Shown piece after piece: positions 48,472 to 58,584 of a DNA stretch of 64,000 nt (positions are counted from its first letter, which is position 1; every line of letters starts with the position of its first letter). The translations under genes and the position numbers were made by a program. Source of the stretch: Chitinispirillaceae bacterium (GTDB lineage: Bacteria; Fibrobacterota; Chitinivibrionia; Chitinivibrionales; Chitinispirillaceae); NCBI GenBank assembly GCA_050304135.1, contig JBNLDC010000063.1, positions 12,176 through 76,175 of the forward strand, given 5' to 3'. Under the pieces are notes generated by a model that was given only the letters and a program-made list of their open reading frames with translations, was not told the origin of the DNA and ran no database searches.

Positions 48472-48544
48472 ATTGGAAAAAGTTTTCACCTTGATGACGT
48501 TAAGCATTCAATTCAAAGACAATTAAAAAGAATGGTTTAGTTGC

Positions 48545-48937
48545 ATGATCCATAGAAAACCACTGGCGAAATGGATAGTGTATCTGTTTTTTATAATCGG
48601 TCTATTATCTGCCGCCGCATTCAGAATGCTCATTGTTTTTCAGTACCTCTCTCCCGCGTTATTCCGACCGGTATGGTATGTGGCAGTGGTGGGGTATATT
48701 CTCTTTTTTCTTTACCGTTACAGCATTGCGGAAAAACGACGGCACGCCGTTTCAGAAAGCGGTTTGGTAGCAAAACTACAGACGGGACAGAATCTGACTG
48801 ACGAAGACCAGGAAACCCTGTTATACGTATTGCAGAGTTTGATGGTTTCCCGGGAAAACTGGAACTATTTCGCGATATTTGTATTATCGATTATCGCTAT
48901 TATTGCCGACATCGTTTTGAGTTTGACAACATCGTGA
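48545..48937 (+). CDS. hypothetical small membrane protein
   Basis: 130 aa with three or four hydrophobic helices. Confidence 0.4.
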   Translation: MIHRKPLAKWIVYLFFIIGLLSAAAFRMLIVFQYLSPALFRPVWYVAVVGYILFFLYRYSIAEKRRHAVSESGLVAKLQTGQNLTDEDQETLLYVLQSLMVSRENWNYFAIFVLSIIAIIADIVLSLTTS

Positions 48938-49064
48938 CACCGGTATACGCCAGTTGTTCTATTTCTCACGTCAACTATTATTACGGTAAATGTTACTCCG
49001 GACCCGGACGGTGTTCTGTGGCGGAACATATCTGATCGCCGGTGCAATACCTTCGTATAACATT

Positions 49065-49099
49065 AAAAAGCGGAAACCTTTTCAGGCATTCCGCTTTTT
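49065..49099. terminator. bidirectional rho-independent terminator between the plus-strand membrane-protein gene (48545..48937) and aroC (minus strand)
   Basis: AAAAGCGGAA-(loop)-TTCCGCTTTTT, with an A-run upstream and a T-run downstream. Confidence 0.6.
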
Positions 49100-49138
49100 C
49101 TGTAACGTTTTGAATTGCTCTACCGAGCAAATGTCAAC

Positions 49139-50194
49139 TCACGTTTTCAAACTCTCCTGCAGTTTGAAATGATCCTCCAGCACGATACACGCCATCGCCT
49201 CGATCACCGGGACAATCCGGGGGCAGATGCACGGGTCGTGCCGACCTTCGGTCCGGATCTCTATTTCATTGCCGCTCAGGTCAACGGTACGCTGCGGGCT
49301 TGAAATCGAGGAGGTCGGTTTTACTGCAGCCCGGAAGATAATCTGCTCACCGTTGCTGATACCGCCAACGATTCCCCCGGCATTATTCGAGACGAAACCG
49401 TTTTTATCCATCGGATCATTATGTTCCAGACCGGTCATCGCGGCACAGCCGAATCCGGAGCCGACCTCGAACCCCTTCACCGCGCCGAGACTCATGATTC
49501 CGTGCGCCAATTCCGCCTCGAGCTTGTTGAACACCGGCTCTCCCAGTCCCGGGGGAACCCCGTCGATGCGGCATTCAACGATACCACCGATGCTGTTTCC
49601 CTCGTCCCGAAGCTGCTCGATCCGTTTAACCATCGTCTCTGATGCCTTCAGATCGCAGGCACGGACCGGATTCTGTTCGATCACCGACAGATCACGTTCA
49701 TTGCAGGTAATTGCACCGATCTGAATAACATATGCAGTAACGGTTACACCACGCGCCGCGAGAATTTTACGGGCGATCGCCCCTGCCGCCACCCGTGCGG
49801 CAGTTTCCCGCCCCGACGCACGTCCGCTGCCGCGGTGATCACGGATGCCGTATTTCTGAAGATAGGTGAAATCCGCATGCCCCGGACGAAACATCCCCTT
49901 GATATCGCTGTATGCCTGCGGACGGGCATCCTGATTATAAAGGATAAGCAGCATCGGCGTTCCGGTTGCTTTACCCTCAAAGAGACCGGAGAGGATATGC
50001 ACCCGATCAGGTTCCGACCGCGGGGTGGTGATCGAGGACTGCCCAGGCTTTCTTCTGTCAAGATGTATCTGAATATCCTCTTCGGAAAGTTCAAGTCCGG
50101 GAGGCACCCCGTCAACAACAACACCAACCGCGCCGCCGTGCGACTCGCCGAATGTGGCAATCCGGTACAGATGACCAAAACTATTTCCCGCCAT
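49139..50194 (-). CDS. aroC: chorismate synthase
   Basis: 351 aa. N-terminal signature (GNSFGHLYRIATFGESHGGAVG) and conserved AroC blocks. Confidence 0.9.
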   Translation of the reverse strand: MAGNSFGHLYRIATFGESHGGAVGVVVDGVPPGLELSEEDIQIHLDRRKPGQSSITTPRSEPDRVHILSGLFEGKATGTPMLLILYNQDARPQAYSDIKGMFRPGHADFTYLQKYGIRDHRGSGRASGRETAARVAAGAIARKILAARGVTVTAYVIQIGAITCNERDLSVIEQNPVRACDLKASETMVKRIEQLRDEGNSIGGIVECRIDGVPPGLGEPVFNKLEAELAHGIMSLGAVKGFEVGSGFGCAAMTGLEHNDPMDKNGFVSNNAGGIVGGISNGEQIIFRAAVKPTSSISSPQRTVDLSGNEIEIRTEGRHDPCICPRIVPVIEAMACIVLEDHFKLQESLKT

Positions 50195-50753
50195 CGATAT
50201 ACCCCTTCAGTAAAGTGACCAGTGTCTGAATACTCTCCTCTTTCGTTTCGTTCGTCCGATCAACAACAATATCCGCCAGCGCACGATACCGTGACGTGCG
50301 TGAATGGTAAATGGAGAGAAAACTTCCGTACGGGTCGTCTGCCGACATGAACGGCGGCAACCCTTTCCTGATAATCCGCTCGTAAAGAACAGCCGGGGCA
50401 TTATGAAGAAATACCTTTACCGTTCCTTCGGGAACGAGCTCCAGCGCTGCGGTGTTGTCGATAATCCCGCCGCCGGTTGCGAGAATCCACGGTGCGGGCC
50501 GGTTTTCGAGAAAGGTTCCCAGACAGGACCGCTCAATTGTGAAAAACCGGTCGCGTTCCTCAACACGGAAAAAATCTCTGATCGAAACCCCGGCTTCCTC
50601 CCGCGTTCGCATCTCAATGCAGTCATCGAGGTCGGAAAAAGACCACCCGAGCACCTCTGAGAGCATTTTACCGATACTGGTTTTTCCGGAGTGTTTGATA
50701 CCGAACAAAAGTACTCTCGCCGGTGCTATCGCGACACTGTTGTTATGTTCCAT
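50181..50753 (-). CDS. aroK: shikimate kinase
   Basis: 190 aa. Walker A (GIKHSGKTSIG). Overlaps aroC by 14 nt. Confidence 0.8.
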   Translation of the reverse strand: MEHNNSVAIAPARVLLFGIKHSGKTSIGKMLSEVLGWSFSDLDDCIEMRTREEAGVSIRDFFRVEERDRFFTIERSCLGTFLENRPAPWILATGGGIIDNTAALELVPEGTVKVFLHNAPAVLYERIIRKGLPPFMSADDPYGSFLSIYHSRTSRYRALADIVVDRTNETKEESIQTLVTLLKGYIDGGK

Positions 50754-50899
50754 AGCTTTTTAAAATGATGTTTTTCAGGAAATTTAGCAACCTAAAAAGG
50801 CTTGCGTTCCCCGGACGGAAGGCTGGAAAGCATATCCGGACTATAAATCAGAATAAATTTCAAGGTGGGAAGCAGCAACAGCCCCCTGTCTGCATACGG

Positions 50900-52618
50900 T
50901 TATTTCTGAGCGGCGAATTCGTATGCCTGTGTCACCGACATTTCGAGCATGCTGAAAGCTTCCGGGGCGAGGTATTTCTGCAGAGGCGAGCGGTTGACCT
51001 GAAAACGGCGATATGCCCGAGCGATATCATTTTTCTCCAGCATCGTATAAATACCAATAATTTCCTCCTGCGCCCGTTCAAGATTTGACTTCAACCCCGG
51101 ATTAACCGCTGCCTTTGCCGGTTGCGGCTTTGCCTGTTTCTGTTCAACCGGTTTGATATAGGTAACTTCGCTCTTGGCTGAAGCAACCGGCTGGGAGAAA
51201 TGGCGAATGGTTGAACCGAGCATGGAAAACTCATCCGGTTTCATAGTCTCTTTAAGGAATTTTTTCTCCCGGTCAAGAATCTTCCTTGCCGCTTTGAGAT
51301 TGTTCTTTTCAATGCAGCCGTATATCACCAGGGAGATTGAATCGGCCCGCAGCACCTTTGCCTGGAGAACCGCCAGACGAGCCTGTTCAATACTGTCTCT
51401 GCGTGCCTGTTCCTGTCGTTCCCGCCACATCCGGGCATCCTCAATTGCCTGCAGGCTGTCCATCTTTTTCCGGGCCTTTTTCTTGGCCGCAAGCATAATG
51501 TCGTCCATAACCGGGTTCTCATCCGGCGCATCACCATCATCGAGTCCTTCAAGCTCCGCGCGCATCGCGTTGTCTTCAGGCGACGAGACGGAAATAATCA
51601 TCCGGTCGACCGAAGCAGCCTTCTCACGACTGACTCCGAGAGGACGCAATACGGTCTGCAGGTATTTGTCGGCAGCATCTACACCTCTGTTCCGTAAAAT
51701 GGCCACATTCACATCGACCAGCGAATCCTCCATTGCACCTAGGCGGTTCTTCACCCGCTTGATGGATGATGACATGGTAAGCGACTCACGCTGCGGCAGA
51801 TATTCCTTTATAGTGGTGTATCGGTTCGTGGCGCTGTCGAGCGTCCGGCGGGCTTTGGTGATATTCTTTTTACTAAGCAGGGTTCCGGCACCCCGAACCT
51901 GAGCGGCAATCCGCGGACTTTCATCCTGCGCATTGATCAGTCCTTCAACCCGATCCTCAAAACGCTTGTAGGTAGATTCCGATATATCGAGGTAGAGCTG
52001 ATTGCGGAGACAATAACCGACCTCCTTACGCGCCTTCTCCACATCACCGGCCACCAGCGCTTTCTCAAGAAAATAGGCCGCTTCGCGGGATATCGCACGT
52101 TTACGCTGGTTGTACGAATCGGCCAATTCGTTCGCTTTTCGCTGGTCGACCTGCCCCATACTTTTATGAATGCGGTAGAGCGTGGCGAAATCGGGCCGCC
52201 ATTTACCGACCTCGGTATTGTACTTGGCAACCAGTTCATTGATCGTCAGCTGCCGCTTCTGCATCTGCTGCAGCAGCAGATCACTCTCTTCCAGGTATAT
52301 CTGAGCCTCCAGTTCCCCAGCCTTCCAGAGGATGTACTTCTCGTTCGGGTCTCCCATTGCCTGTTCTTTAAGACGACGGACGATTTTTTTCGCTTCGACG
52401 ATCGAACGCTGATGCCGGAATCCCACTCCCGCCATATCCGCTGATTCATTAAGCAGAATAAACCCGCGCTGAATGGAGGTATCGATAAGTTCCTGGCTTA
52501 TATATTTTTCTCCCCCGTTTTTTTTCCGGGGAGTAGCCTGAGAATCAGAATAAACAACCGGCAGACAAAAAAGAGCAGCAAGCAGGCAGAGTATAACGAA
52601 CCGCTGTGGTGTAGTCAC
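50900..52618 (-). CDS. hypothetical secreted, largely alpha-helical/coiled-coil protein
   Basis: 572 aa with a signal peptide and a highly charged helical composition. No catalytic motif. Confidence 0.5.
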   Translation of the reverse strand: MTTPQRFVILCLLAALFCLPVVYSDSQATPRKKNGGEKYISQELIDTSIQRGFILLNESADMAGVGFRHQRSIVEAKKIVRRLKEQAMGDPNEKYILWKAGELEAQIYLEESDLLLQQMQKRQLTINELVAKYNTEVGKWRPDFATLYRIHKSMGQVDQRKANELADSYNQRKRAISREAAYFLEKALVAGDVEKARKEVGYCLRNQLYLDISESTYKRFEDRVEGLINAQDESPRIAAQVRGAGTLLSKKNITKARRTLDSATNRYTTIKEYLPQRESLTMSSSIKRVKNRLGAMEDSLVDVNVAILRNRGVDAADKYLQTVLRPLGVSREKAASVDRMIISVSSPEDNAMRAELEGLDDGDAPDENPVMDDIMLAAKKKARKKMDSLQAIEDARMWRERQEQARRDSIEQARLAVLQAKVLRADSISLVIYGCIEKNNLKAARKILDREKKFLKETMKPDEFSMLGSTIRHFSQPVASAKSEVTYIKPVEQKQAKPQPAKAAVNPGLKSNLERAQEEIIGIYTMLEKNDIARAYRRFQVNRSPLQKYLAPEAFSMLEMSVTQAYEFAAQK

Positions 52619-52891
52619 TATAATTCCTTGGATTTTAACAAAAAGACATACGTATGGTATGGGTTGAATCCGTATATTTAATATAAGTATTATCTTTTAG
52701 TAGCAATTCATGCAAGTGCTGTTTTAAATTTATAAGGTGTGCCTCATCGCTACAGCTTGAACTCACGAACATTTCACCGGTTATCGATTCCACACACCTG
52801 CCGTAGTTACTGCCGGGACACTCCGGAGCAGCAGGGAATCATCTGAAAGGCACCTGTTTATCTCTCAGCCTTGTTCACACCGGGATAGTAT

Positions 52892-53275
52892 ATGGCCATC
52901 GAAGATACCGGACCGCTGTCAGAAGTCAGAAATGTCGCTCCTCTCGAAGCGATTCAGGCAACACGTCCTTCTCTCGATCGTAACCCGCAGCAGAAGGAAC
53001 AGCAGCAGCGGCGCCCTCCGAAAAAAGTACGAGACTATTTCCACCCGCTCAGCAAAGCGGTCGATGCCGCCAATGAACGTCTTCTGGAGCGCAACCTCCC
53101 GTATCGGTTTAAAGTATTCAAACGATGGGGAGAGGTGTACATCGAACTCTATCTCCTCGATGACCAGGGGAAAATAAAAGAAAAACAACGTAAAAACATC
53201 AGCCACGATGATTTCAACCGCATTATTGAAGATGTCTCTCAGGTGGAAGGACTGTTCTTCGACCACCTGGCGTAA
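52892..53275 (+). CDS. small basic protein with a FlaG-like C-terminal region (tentative)
   Basis: 127 aa. The C-terminal segment RFKVFKRWGEVYIELYLLDDQGKIKEKQRKNISHDDFNRIIEDVSQVEGLFFD resembles the FlaG family pattern (…GEVIRQIP.EE.L.L…). Confidence 0.3.
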   Translation: MAIEDTGPLSEVRNVAPLEAIQATRPSLDRNPQQKEQQQRRPPKKVRDYFHPLSKAVDAANERLLERNLPYRFKVFKRWGEVYIELYLLDDQGKIKEKQRKNISHDDFNRIIEDVSQVEGLFFDHLA

Positions 53276-53429
53276 CCAGCCCGCGCCCCCACACCACCAG
53301 CCGCAAAACTCTCCGAAAAACACCGGCAGATATTCCTTACCGCCCGCCTGAGTATAGCACCGACGCTGTCATTCATTTATTTTCAAACTACGCGATAGTA
53401 CCCGCTCATTTTCCCCCGGACGGCTGCCC

Positions 53430-54968
53430 ATGCAACCAATTCTTACCGTACAACAGATGCGCGATGTCGACCACAGCGCTATCGGCAATGATCCGACCAC
53501 CGGATACCGGTACATGCAGAAGGCCGGGATGGGACTCTATCACGCGGCACGAAAGATGGTTCCCGACAAAGCATCGGGTGAGATCGCCATTATCTGTGGT
53601 AAAGGCAACAACGGCGGCGACGGCTATGTTGCAGGCAGGTTGCTTGCCGAAGAGGGATACCGGGTTGCCTGCTATTCGCTTGTTCCTCCCGAGAATCTGG
53701 CAGGTGAATGTCTCCTTGCATACCGCGATTACAGTGCGGCGAAATTGCCGGTGATAACCATTGATGACCTTGCTGACTTTCCCCACCCCTCCCGGTTCAG
53801 TCTTATCATCGACGCGCTCCTCGGAACAGGGCTCAAGGGGAACCCGCACGGTCTCCATGCGCTGATGATTGATTTGATCAACAGTTGCCCGGTGCCTGTT
53901 CTTGCCGTCGATACGCCGTCGGGCCTTGACAACGATACCGGCCTTCCCGGCTTTCCCTGCATCAGAGCGACCACCACCATGGCAATGGGTTTTTCGAAAC
54001 CGGGACTCCATTTCTTTCCGGGAAAATCGTTCACCGGCGCCCTGATCGTTGAAGATCTGAGTTACCCCGATGAAATCGTGGTACGTGCACGCCCGATCAT
54101 GATGCTCCCCAGCCACAACGATTTCCGGAAACTCCTGCCGCGACGCCACCCCGACGGATCGAAATTCGATCACGGGCTTGCACTGCTTGTCGGGGGATCT
54201 CCCGGCATGACGGGTTCGGTAGCACTCATGGCCGAAGCAGCACAGCATTGCGGATGCGGAATGGTTCACTGCCTCGTTCCCGATTCCATCAGTGACACGC
54301 TGGCGATCAAACTGACCGAGCCGGTGCTCCATACCCTGCCCGCAACTCCTGACGGTACACTTGACGCTTCGGCCGTGGGGCCGCTACTCCATCTCGCCGG
54401 GCGCATGCAGACTCTCTGCATCGGCCCCGGACTCTCACACGGTAAAGCAACCGTCGATTTTGTCCGTCAGGTCATTCGAACCTGCCCACTCACGACAGTG
54501 CTCGATGCCGACGGCATCAATGCATTCAAGGGAATAGCGGAGGAACTTGCCGACCACGCCGCAGGCGAACTGTGCATCACTCCGCATAAAGGCGAATGGG
54601 AACGGCTCTTCGGCCCCCTGCCGCCTGATCCCTGTGACCGGGCGGAACGGCTCGCTACCACCGCACAACGTCTTCGGACAACCATTCTGCTCAAAGGAAA
54701 TCCAGCCCTCGTTGCCACTCCCGACGGCACCGTATCGCTCCTTCCCTATGGCAACAGCGCCCTCGCCAAAGCCGGAAGCGGCGATGTGCTGAGCGGGTGT
54801 ATCACATCATTTATCGCCCAGGGTATGAGCGTTACCGATGCGGCTCTACTGGGTGCATACATCCACGGAAAAGCCGGTGAACTGGCATCGCGGGAGTTTA
54901 CAGAATACGGGGTCACGGCACGATCGGTAATCGATTATATTGCGCCGGCTATGCGTTCTTTGCTATAA
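53430..54968 (+). CDS. nnr: bifunctional NAD(P)H-hydrate repair enzyme (epimerase N-domain plus ADP-dependent dehydratase C-domain)
   Basis: 512 aa. YjeF-N motif (ICGKGNNGGDGYVAG) and a YjeF-C carbohydrate-kinase-like domain (GSGDVLSG). Confidence 0.85.
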   Translation: MQPILTVQQMRDVDHSAIGNDPTTGYRYMQKAGMGLYHAARKMVPDKASGEIAIICGKGNNGGDGYVAGRLLAEEGYRVACYSLVPPENLAGECLLAYRDYSAAKLPVITIDDLADFPHPSRFSLIIDALLGTGLKGNPHGLHALMIDLINSCPVPVLAVDTPSGLDNDTGLPGFPCIRATTTMAMGFSKPGLHFFPGKSFTGALIVEDLSYPDEIVVRARPIMMLPSHNDFRKLLPRRHPDGSKFDHGLALLVGGSPGMTGSVALMAEAAQHCGCGMVHCLVPDSISDTLAIKLTEPVLHTLPATPDGTLDASAVGPLLHLAGRMQTLCIGPGLSHGKATVDFVRQVIRTCPLTTVLDADGINAFKGIAEELADHAAGELCITPHKGEWERLFGPLPPDPCDRAERLATTAQRLRTTILLKGNPALVATPDGTVSLLPYGNSALAKAGSGDVLSGCITSFIAQGMSVTDAALLGAYIHGKAGELASREFTEYGVTARSVIDYIAPAMRSLL

Positions 54969-55005
54969 TCATTACGCCCCCCTTAGCAACCGGAGAAACT
55001 CTATC

Positions 55006-55920
55006 GTGAATTCTTTTGACTGGCGGACCTTCAGCACCGGAATCCTTACTTTCATTCAAGGTAATATTGTCGCACTTGCGGGCCTCCTGCTTGTCATTGT
55101 TATTCTTGAACGGGTAGCCACACTGCTTGCCGACCGATACGTCAGCGATGACCTGCGCCGGCATTCACTGAAAAAATGGCTGCGCTACACCGCACTGTTT
55201 TTCGGGTTTCTCTCCATTCTCTTTCTCTATGGGACGTACGCGCATAAGGATACCTTTTTCGTGGTCGGTCTCTTTCTCGCCGGTATCGCCATCTCCCTGC
55301 GCGACGTGTTCTCAAACTTTGTGGGTTGGCTCATCATCAACTCCCAGAAGGGCTTCAGCCACGGCGACCGCATTACCATCGGGAAGATCGTCTCCGGAGA
55401 TGTGATCGACATCGGCGTGCTCAGAACCACCCTCGTAGAGATCGGCGAGTGGGTACATGCCGATCAGTCAACCGGGCGGCTGGTCACCATCCCCAACAGT
55501 CTCATCCTGACCAACACGGTACACAATTACACCGAAGGTCACGACCTTATCTGGAATGAGCTGGTGATCATGGTCACCTTCGAGTCGGACTGGGAAAAAG
55601 CCGAAAAAATCATTCTGGATCTTGCCGAAAAGGATTTCGAGGAGAAAAAGGATTCAATTCTGGAACGGCTGCGCAAAGTGCGCCGTCGTTATCTGCTGCG
55701 GTACAATTTCGTAACTCCCAAGGTATACGTCACGGTTGCCGAGTCCGGCGTCCAACTCTCCCTTCGCTACATGGTTTCGGCACGACGCCGCAGGACCATG
55801 GACGACCTTTTCTCACGGGAAATACTCCGGCAGTTTGCACTCGAACCTTCCATTTCACTTGCCTACCTGACCATGCGGATTTACCGGAACAGTGAAGCCC
55901 GGGAAACACCGCCGGTGTGA
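55006..55920 (+). CDS. mscS: mechanosensitive ion channel, MscS family
   Basis: TM helices plus the MscS beta-domain (…GDVIDIGVLRTTLVEIGEW…VTIPNS…). Start tentatively the GTG at 55006, which has a GGAG RBS; an ATG at 54940 is the alternative. Confidence 0.7.
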   Translation: MNSFDWRTFSTGILTFIQGNIVALAGLLLVIVILERVATLLADRYVSDDLRRHSLKKWLRYTALFFGFLSILFLYGTYAHKDTFFVVGLFLAGIAISLRDVFSNFVGWLIINSQKGFSHGDRITIGKIVSGDVIDIGVLRTTLVEIGEWVHADQSTGRLVTIPNSLILTNTVHNYTEGHDLIWNELVIMVTFESDWEKAEKIILDLAEKDFEEKKDSILERLRKVRRRYLLRYNFVTPKVYVTVAESGVQLSLRYMVSARRRRTMDDLFSREILRQFALEPSISLAYLTMRIYRNSEARETPPV

Positions 55921-55956
55921 CCTCTCCTCAGCCCGGGATTGAATACCGTAATTGGT

Positions 55957-55980
55957 AGGGACGTTCAATTGAACGTCCCT
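55957..55980. terminator. bidirectional terminator hairpin between convergent mscS and coaX
   Basis: Perfect 24-nt palindrome AGGGACGTTCAA|TTGAACGTCCCT followed by an A/T-rich tract. Confidence 0.6.
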
Positions 55981-56087
55981 ATAGAAAAGTAGTGATCATT
56001 TTCTGTAGTAGTTATTCCGCTCTGCGACCAGGGTAGACTTTTGTTTTTTTTGCAAATAGCATAAGCAATGATAAAAACGCTTCAGAA

Positions 56088-56885
56088 TCAGCCAAGATAG
56101 GGTAATGAACAGGCGATGCCGATGAGCGTCGCATCCGGAACATAGCGGATGACCGGGCCTGAGATACAGGGTGCGAGCAGTTCCCAGTCACCACCGGTTG
56201 CAATGACTACCGGGCGGGAACCGTCGGCATAACGCGCGGTATAGAGGTCGATACATTTTTCTACTGCGGCAGCAGCTCCCCGTACCACCCCTCCGGTCAT
56301 ACACTTCCGTGTTGCAGTTGCAGGCAGTGCGGGGATTGCGGTTCCCTGCACGACTTCGGCAAGGGGCAGCGCATCGGTCCCATTGTGGAGACTCTCCAGC
56401 TGCAACCGGACTCCCGGCAGAATCGCCCCCCCCTGAAACACGCCATCGGCAATCAGGTCAATCACCAGTGCGGTACCGGCACTGATGATGATTACCGGCT
56501 GATCGGAAACGGCTGTCATTGCAAAGAGGGCATTGGCGATACGGTCGATACCGAGTGAGAGCGGATCTGAATAGCGGATGACCATCGGCAGCGATGCCGA
56601 AGGAGTAAGCCTCACCGCCCGAAAACCGTTGCCGCTCAGAATACGCGCGGCTTCCTCTGCAGCATAATCAACCACCCCCGCAATTACCACCGGGATATCG
56701 CCCCCGTTCCCTTCGGTAAGGGCCGAGATTGCCGGTAAAAGCTCCCGACTCAATTCCCCGGTCGGGAAAGAAGTCACCGCAGAGCAGCATCCGGCGGGAT
56801 CTATCAACCCCGCCTTGACCCGTGTATTTCCTATGTCAACAGCCAGGACCGGTTGCTCCACCGAACGGACCGTTACCGGCCCCAT
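56088..56885 (-). CDS. coaX: type III pantothenate kinase
   Basis: 265 aa, with the N-terminal ASKHA motif (LAVDIGNTRVKAGL). Confidence 0.85.
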   Translation of the reverse strand: MGPVTVRSVEQPVLAVDIGNTRVKAGLIDPAGCCSAVTSFPTGELSRELLPAISALTEGNGGDIPVVIAGVVDYAAEEAARILSGNGFRAVRLTPSASLPMVIRYSDPLSLGIDRIANALFAMTAVSDQPVIIISAGTALVIDLIADGVFQGGAILPGVRLQLESLHNGTDALPLAEVVQGTAIPALPATATRKCMTGGVVRGAAAAVEKCIDLYTARYADGSRPVVIATGGDWELLAPCISGPVIRYVPDATLIGIACSLPYLG

Positions 56886-57637
56886 ACCGAGGAATCCTTC
56901 GTGTCTAGGAATACCGGTGAGCCGCTGTTGACGAGTACCGGAATACCGTTGTTGATCAGTTCAAGCTGTCCGTCGGCTGCCACCGAAGAGAAAATGCCGG
57001 TCATGCCGTTGATACCGATGTAGGCACCTTTACGATAGAGCCTGCTTGAATAGAGTGCATGCACCTTTTCCTGATCGGTACTGATAAGCATTTTGAACTG
57101 TTTGAGAATGATGCGCAGAAGCGCGCTGAGTGAGCACGGTTTACCCGTCTCGATGGCTATTGACGTGGCAATAGATCTGAGCTGTTCGGGAAATTCATCG
57201 GTCTGAATGTTGACGTTCACTCCGAACCCGAGTATCAGCAGATCCGTAAACCGGGGGTGTGTTTCTAGGAGAATACCGCAGATTTTTCTGTCGCCCCAGT
57301 AAATATCATTCGGCCATTTTATCGCGATGGGATACTCTCTACCGCACTGTTCGAGGGCGGTCGCGATGGCAAGCGAGAGAGCACGGTTGAATATGAAGTG
57401 TTTGTCCGTCTCCGGGAGATTCATCACCAGGCTTACCCAGAGCCCTCCCGGACTGTCCGAAAAAAAGGGGCCGCCGCGTCTTCCCTTGCCGGCAGTCTGC
57501 CGATCCGCCTGAATACAGAAAAAACCCTCGCGGGGACGGTTCGTCATTTTCCGGGCCGTTTCACTGGTCGATTCCAGCGACGGATAGGTATAAAACCGCT
57601 CGATGAACGTGAGTCCGGAAAGTGCGTGAGGAATCAT
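56873..57637 (-). CDS. birA: biotin--[acetyl-CoA-carboxylase] ligase
   Basis: 254 aa, with the BirA catalytic motif (QTAGKGRRGGPFFS). Confidence 0.8.
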   Translation of the reverse strand: MIPHALSGLTFIERFYTYPSLESTSETARKMTNRPREGFFCIQADRQTAGKGRRGGPFFSDSPGGLWVSLVMNLPETDKHFIFNRALSLAIATALEQCGREYPIAIKWPNDIYWGDRKICGILLETHPRFTDLLILGFGVNVNIQTDEFPEQLRSIATSIAIETGKPCSLSALLRIILKQFKMLISTDQEKVHALYSSRLYRKGAYIGINGMTGIFSSVAADGQLELINNGIPVLVNSGSPVFLDTKDSSVWGR

Positions 57638-57647
57638 AGGTGACCGA

Positions 57648-58505
57648 CTATCGGATAATCAGATGTATGTCAAGAGCCGGAGCACTGTGGGTCAATGCTC
57701 CTGACGAAATATAATCAACGCCCGCAGCGGCAATACCACCGATGGTATCCAGGGTGACATTACCACTCGCTTCCAGTTCAACTTCAGGTTGTTCCGCAGT
57801 ACGCAACTCGACACAGCGGCGCATCGCGGCAACCGTCATGTTGTCAAGCATGATACGATCGGGACGGCATTTGAGCGCTGCTTCAAACTCCTCCTCCGAC
57901 TGCACCTCAATCTCGATCTTCAATGCGGAGTTGCCGGTGGCGGTCCGGTAGGCGATCGCCCGTTCAAGCGCCGGCGCCACTCCGCCGGATCGCTTTACAT
58001 GCGTATCCTTGATGAGCATCATATCGAACAGACCGAACCGGTGATTGCAGCCCCCCCCGTGCATTACCGCCGCTTTTTCAAAATGCCGGAGCAGCGGAGT
58101 TGTTTTTCTGGTATCAAGCAGGCGGCAGGAGGTGCCGCTCAGGGCAGCTTTAAAACGGGAGGTGACGGTCGCAATCCCACTGAGCCGCTGCAGAAAATTA
58201 AGCACGGTCCGTTCACCCGCCAGAATACCACGGATGGGACCAGTCACGGTTGCTATTACGGTTCCCTGAAGAACGGCACTGCCGTCGGAAAGAAGGAGTT
58301 CAACACGCAGGCGGGGGTCGAGGCGGTGAAAAACCGGCTCGAGCAGATACACTCCTGAGAGCACTCCCTGCGACTTGCTTCTTATTTCCGCTGTTGCGCT
58401 ATCATCATCTGAAAAAAGCGCAGCTGACGTTATATCACCACCGCTCCCAAGGTCTTCTTTCAGGGTCTGTTCAAGAATTGTAGCGATTACTTCTTCTGGA
58501 ATCGG
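57648..58505 (-). CDS. nadC: nicotinate-nucleotide pyrophosphorylase (quinolinate phosphoribosyltransferase)
   Basis: Start set at MADNPIPEEVIATILEQTLKEDLGSGGDITS, which is the typical NadC N-terminus. The ORF track extends further upstream only because no stop intervenes. Confidence 0.85.
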   Translation of the reverse strand, partial: PIPEEVIATILEQTLKEDLGSGGDITSAALFSDDDSATAEIRSKSQGVLSGVYLLEPVFHRLDPRLRVELLLSDGSAVLQGTVIATVTGPIRGILAGERTVLNFLQRLSGIATVTSRFKAALSGTSCRLLDTRKTTPLLRHFEKAAVMHGGGCNHRFGLFDMMLIKDTHVKRSGGVAPALERAIAYRTATGNSALKIEIEVQSEEEFEAALKCRPDRIMLDNMTVAAMRRCVELRTAEQPEVELEASGNVTLDTIGGIAAAGVDYISSGALTHSAPALDIHLIIR

Positions 58506-58584
58506 GTTATCCGCCATGGCCACTCTCTTTTTCGGTAGATAATCTGAAGTGAAATGAATGTAAAAAGATTCTGTGCTATGTTTG

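Noticed and set aside
51174-51902. 242-aa plus-strand ORF opposite the 572-aa secreted coiled-coil gene
   Set aside because: An antisense S/R/A-rich shadow.
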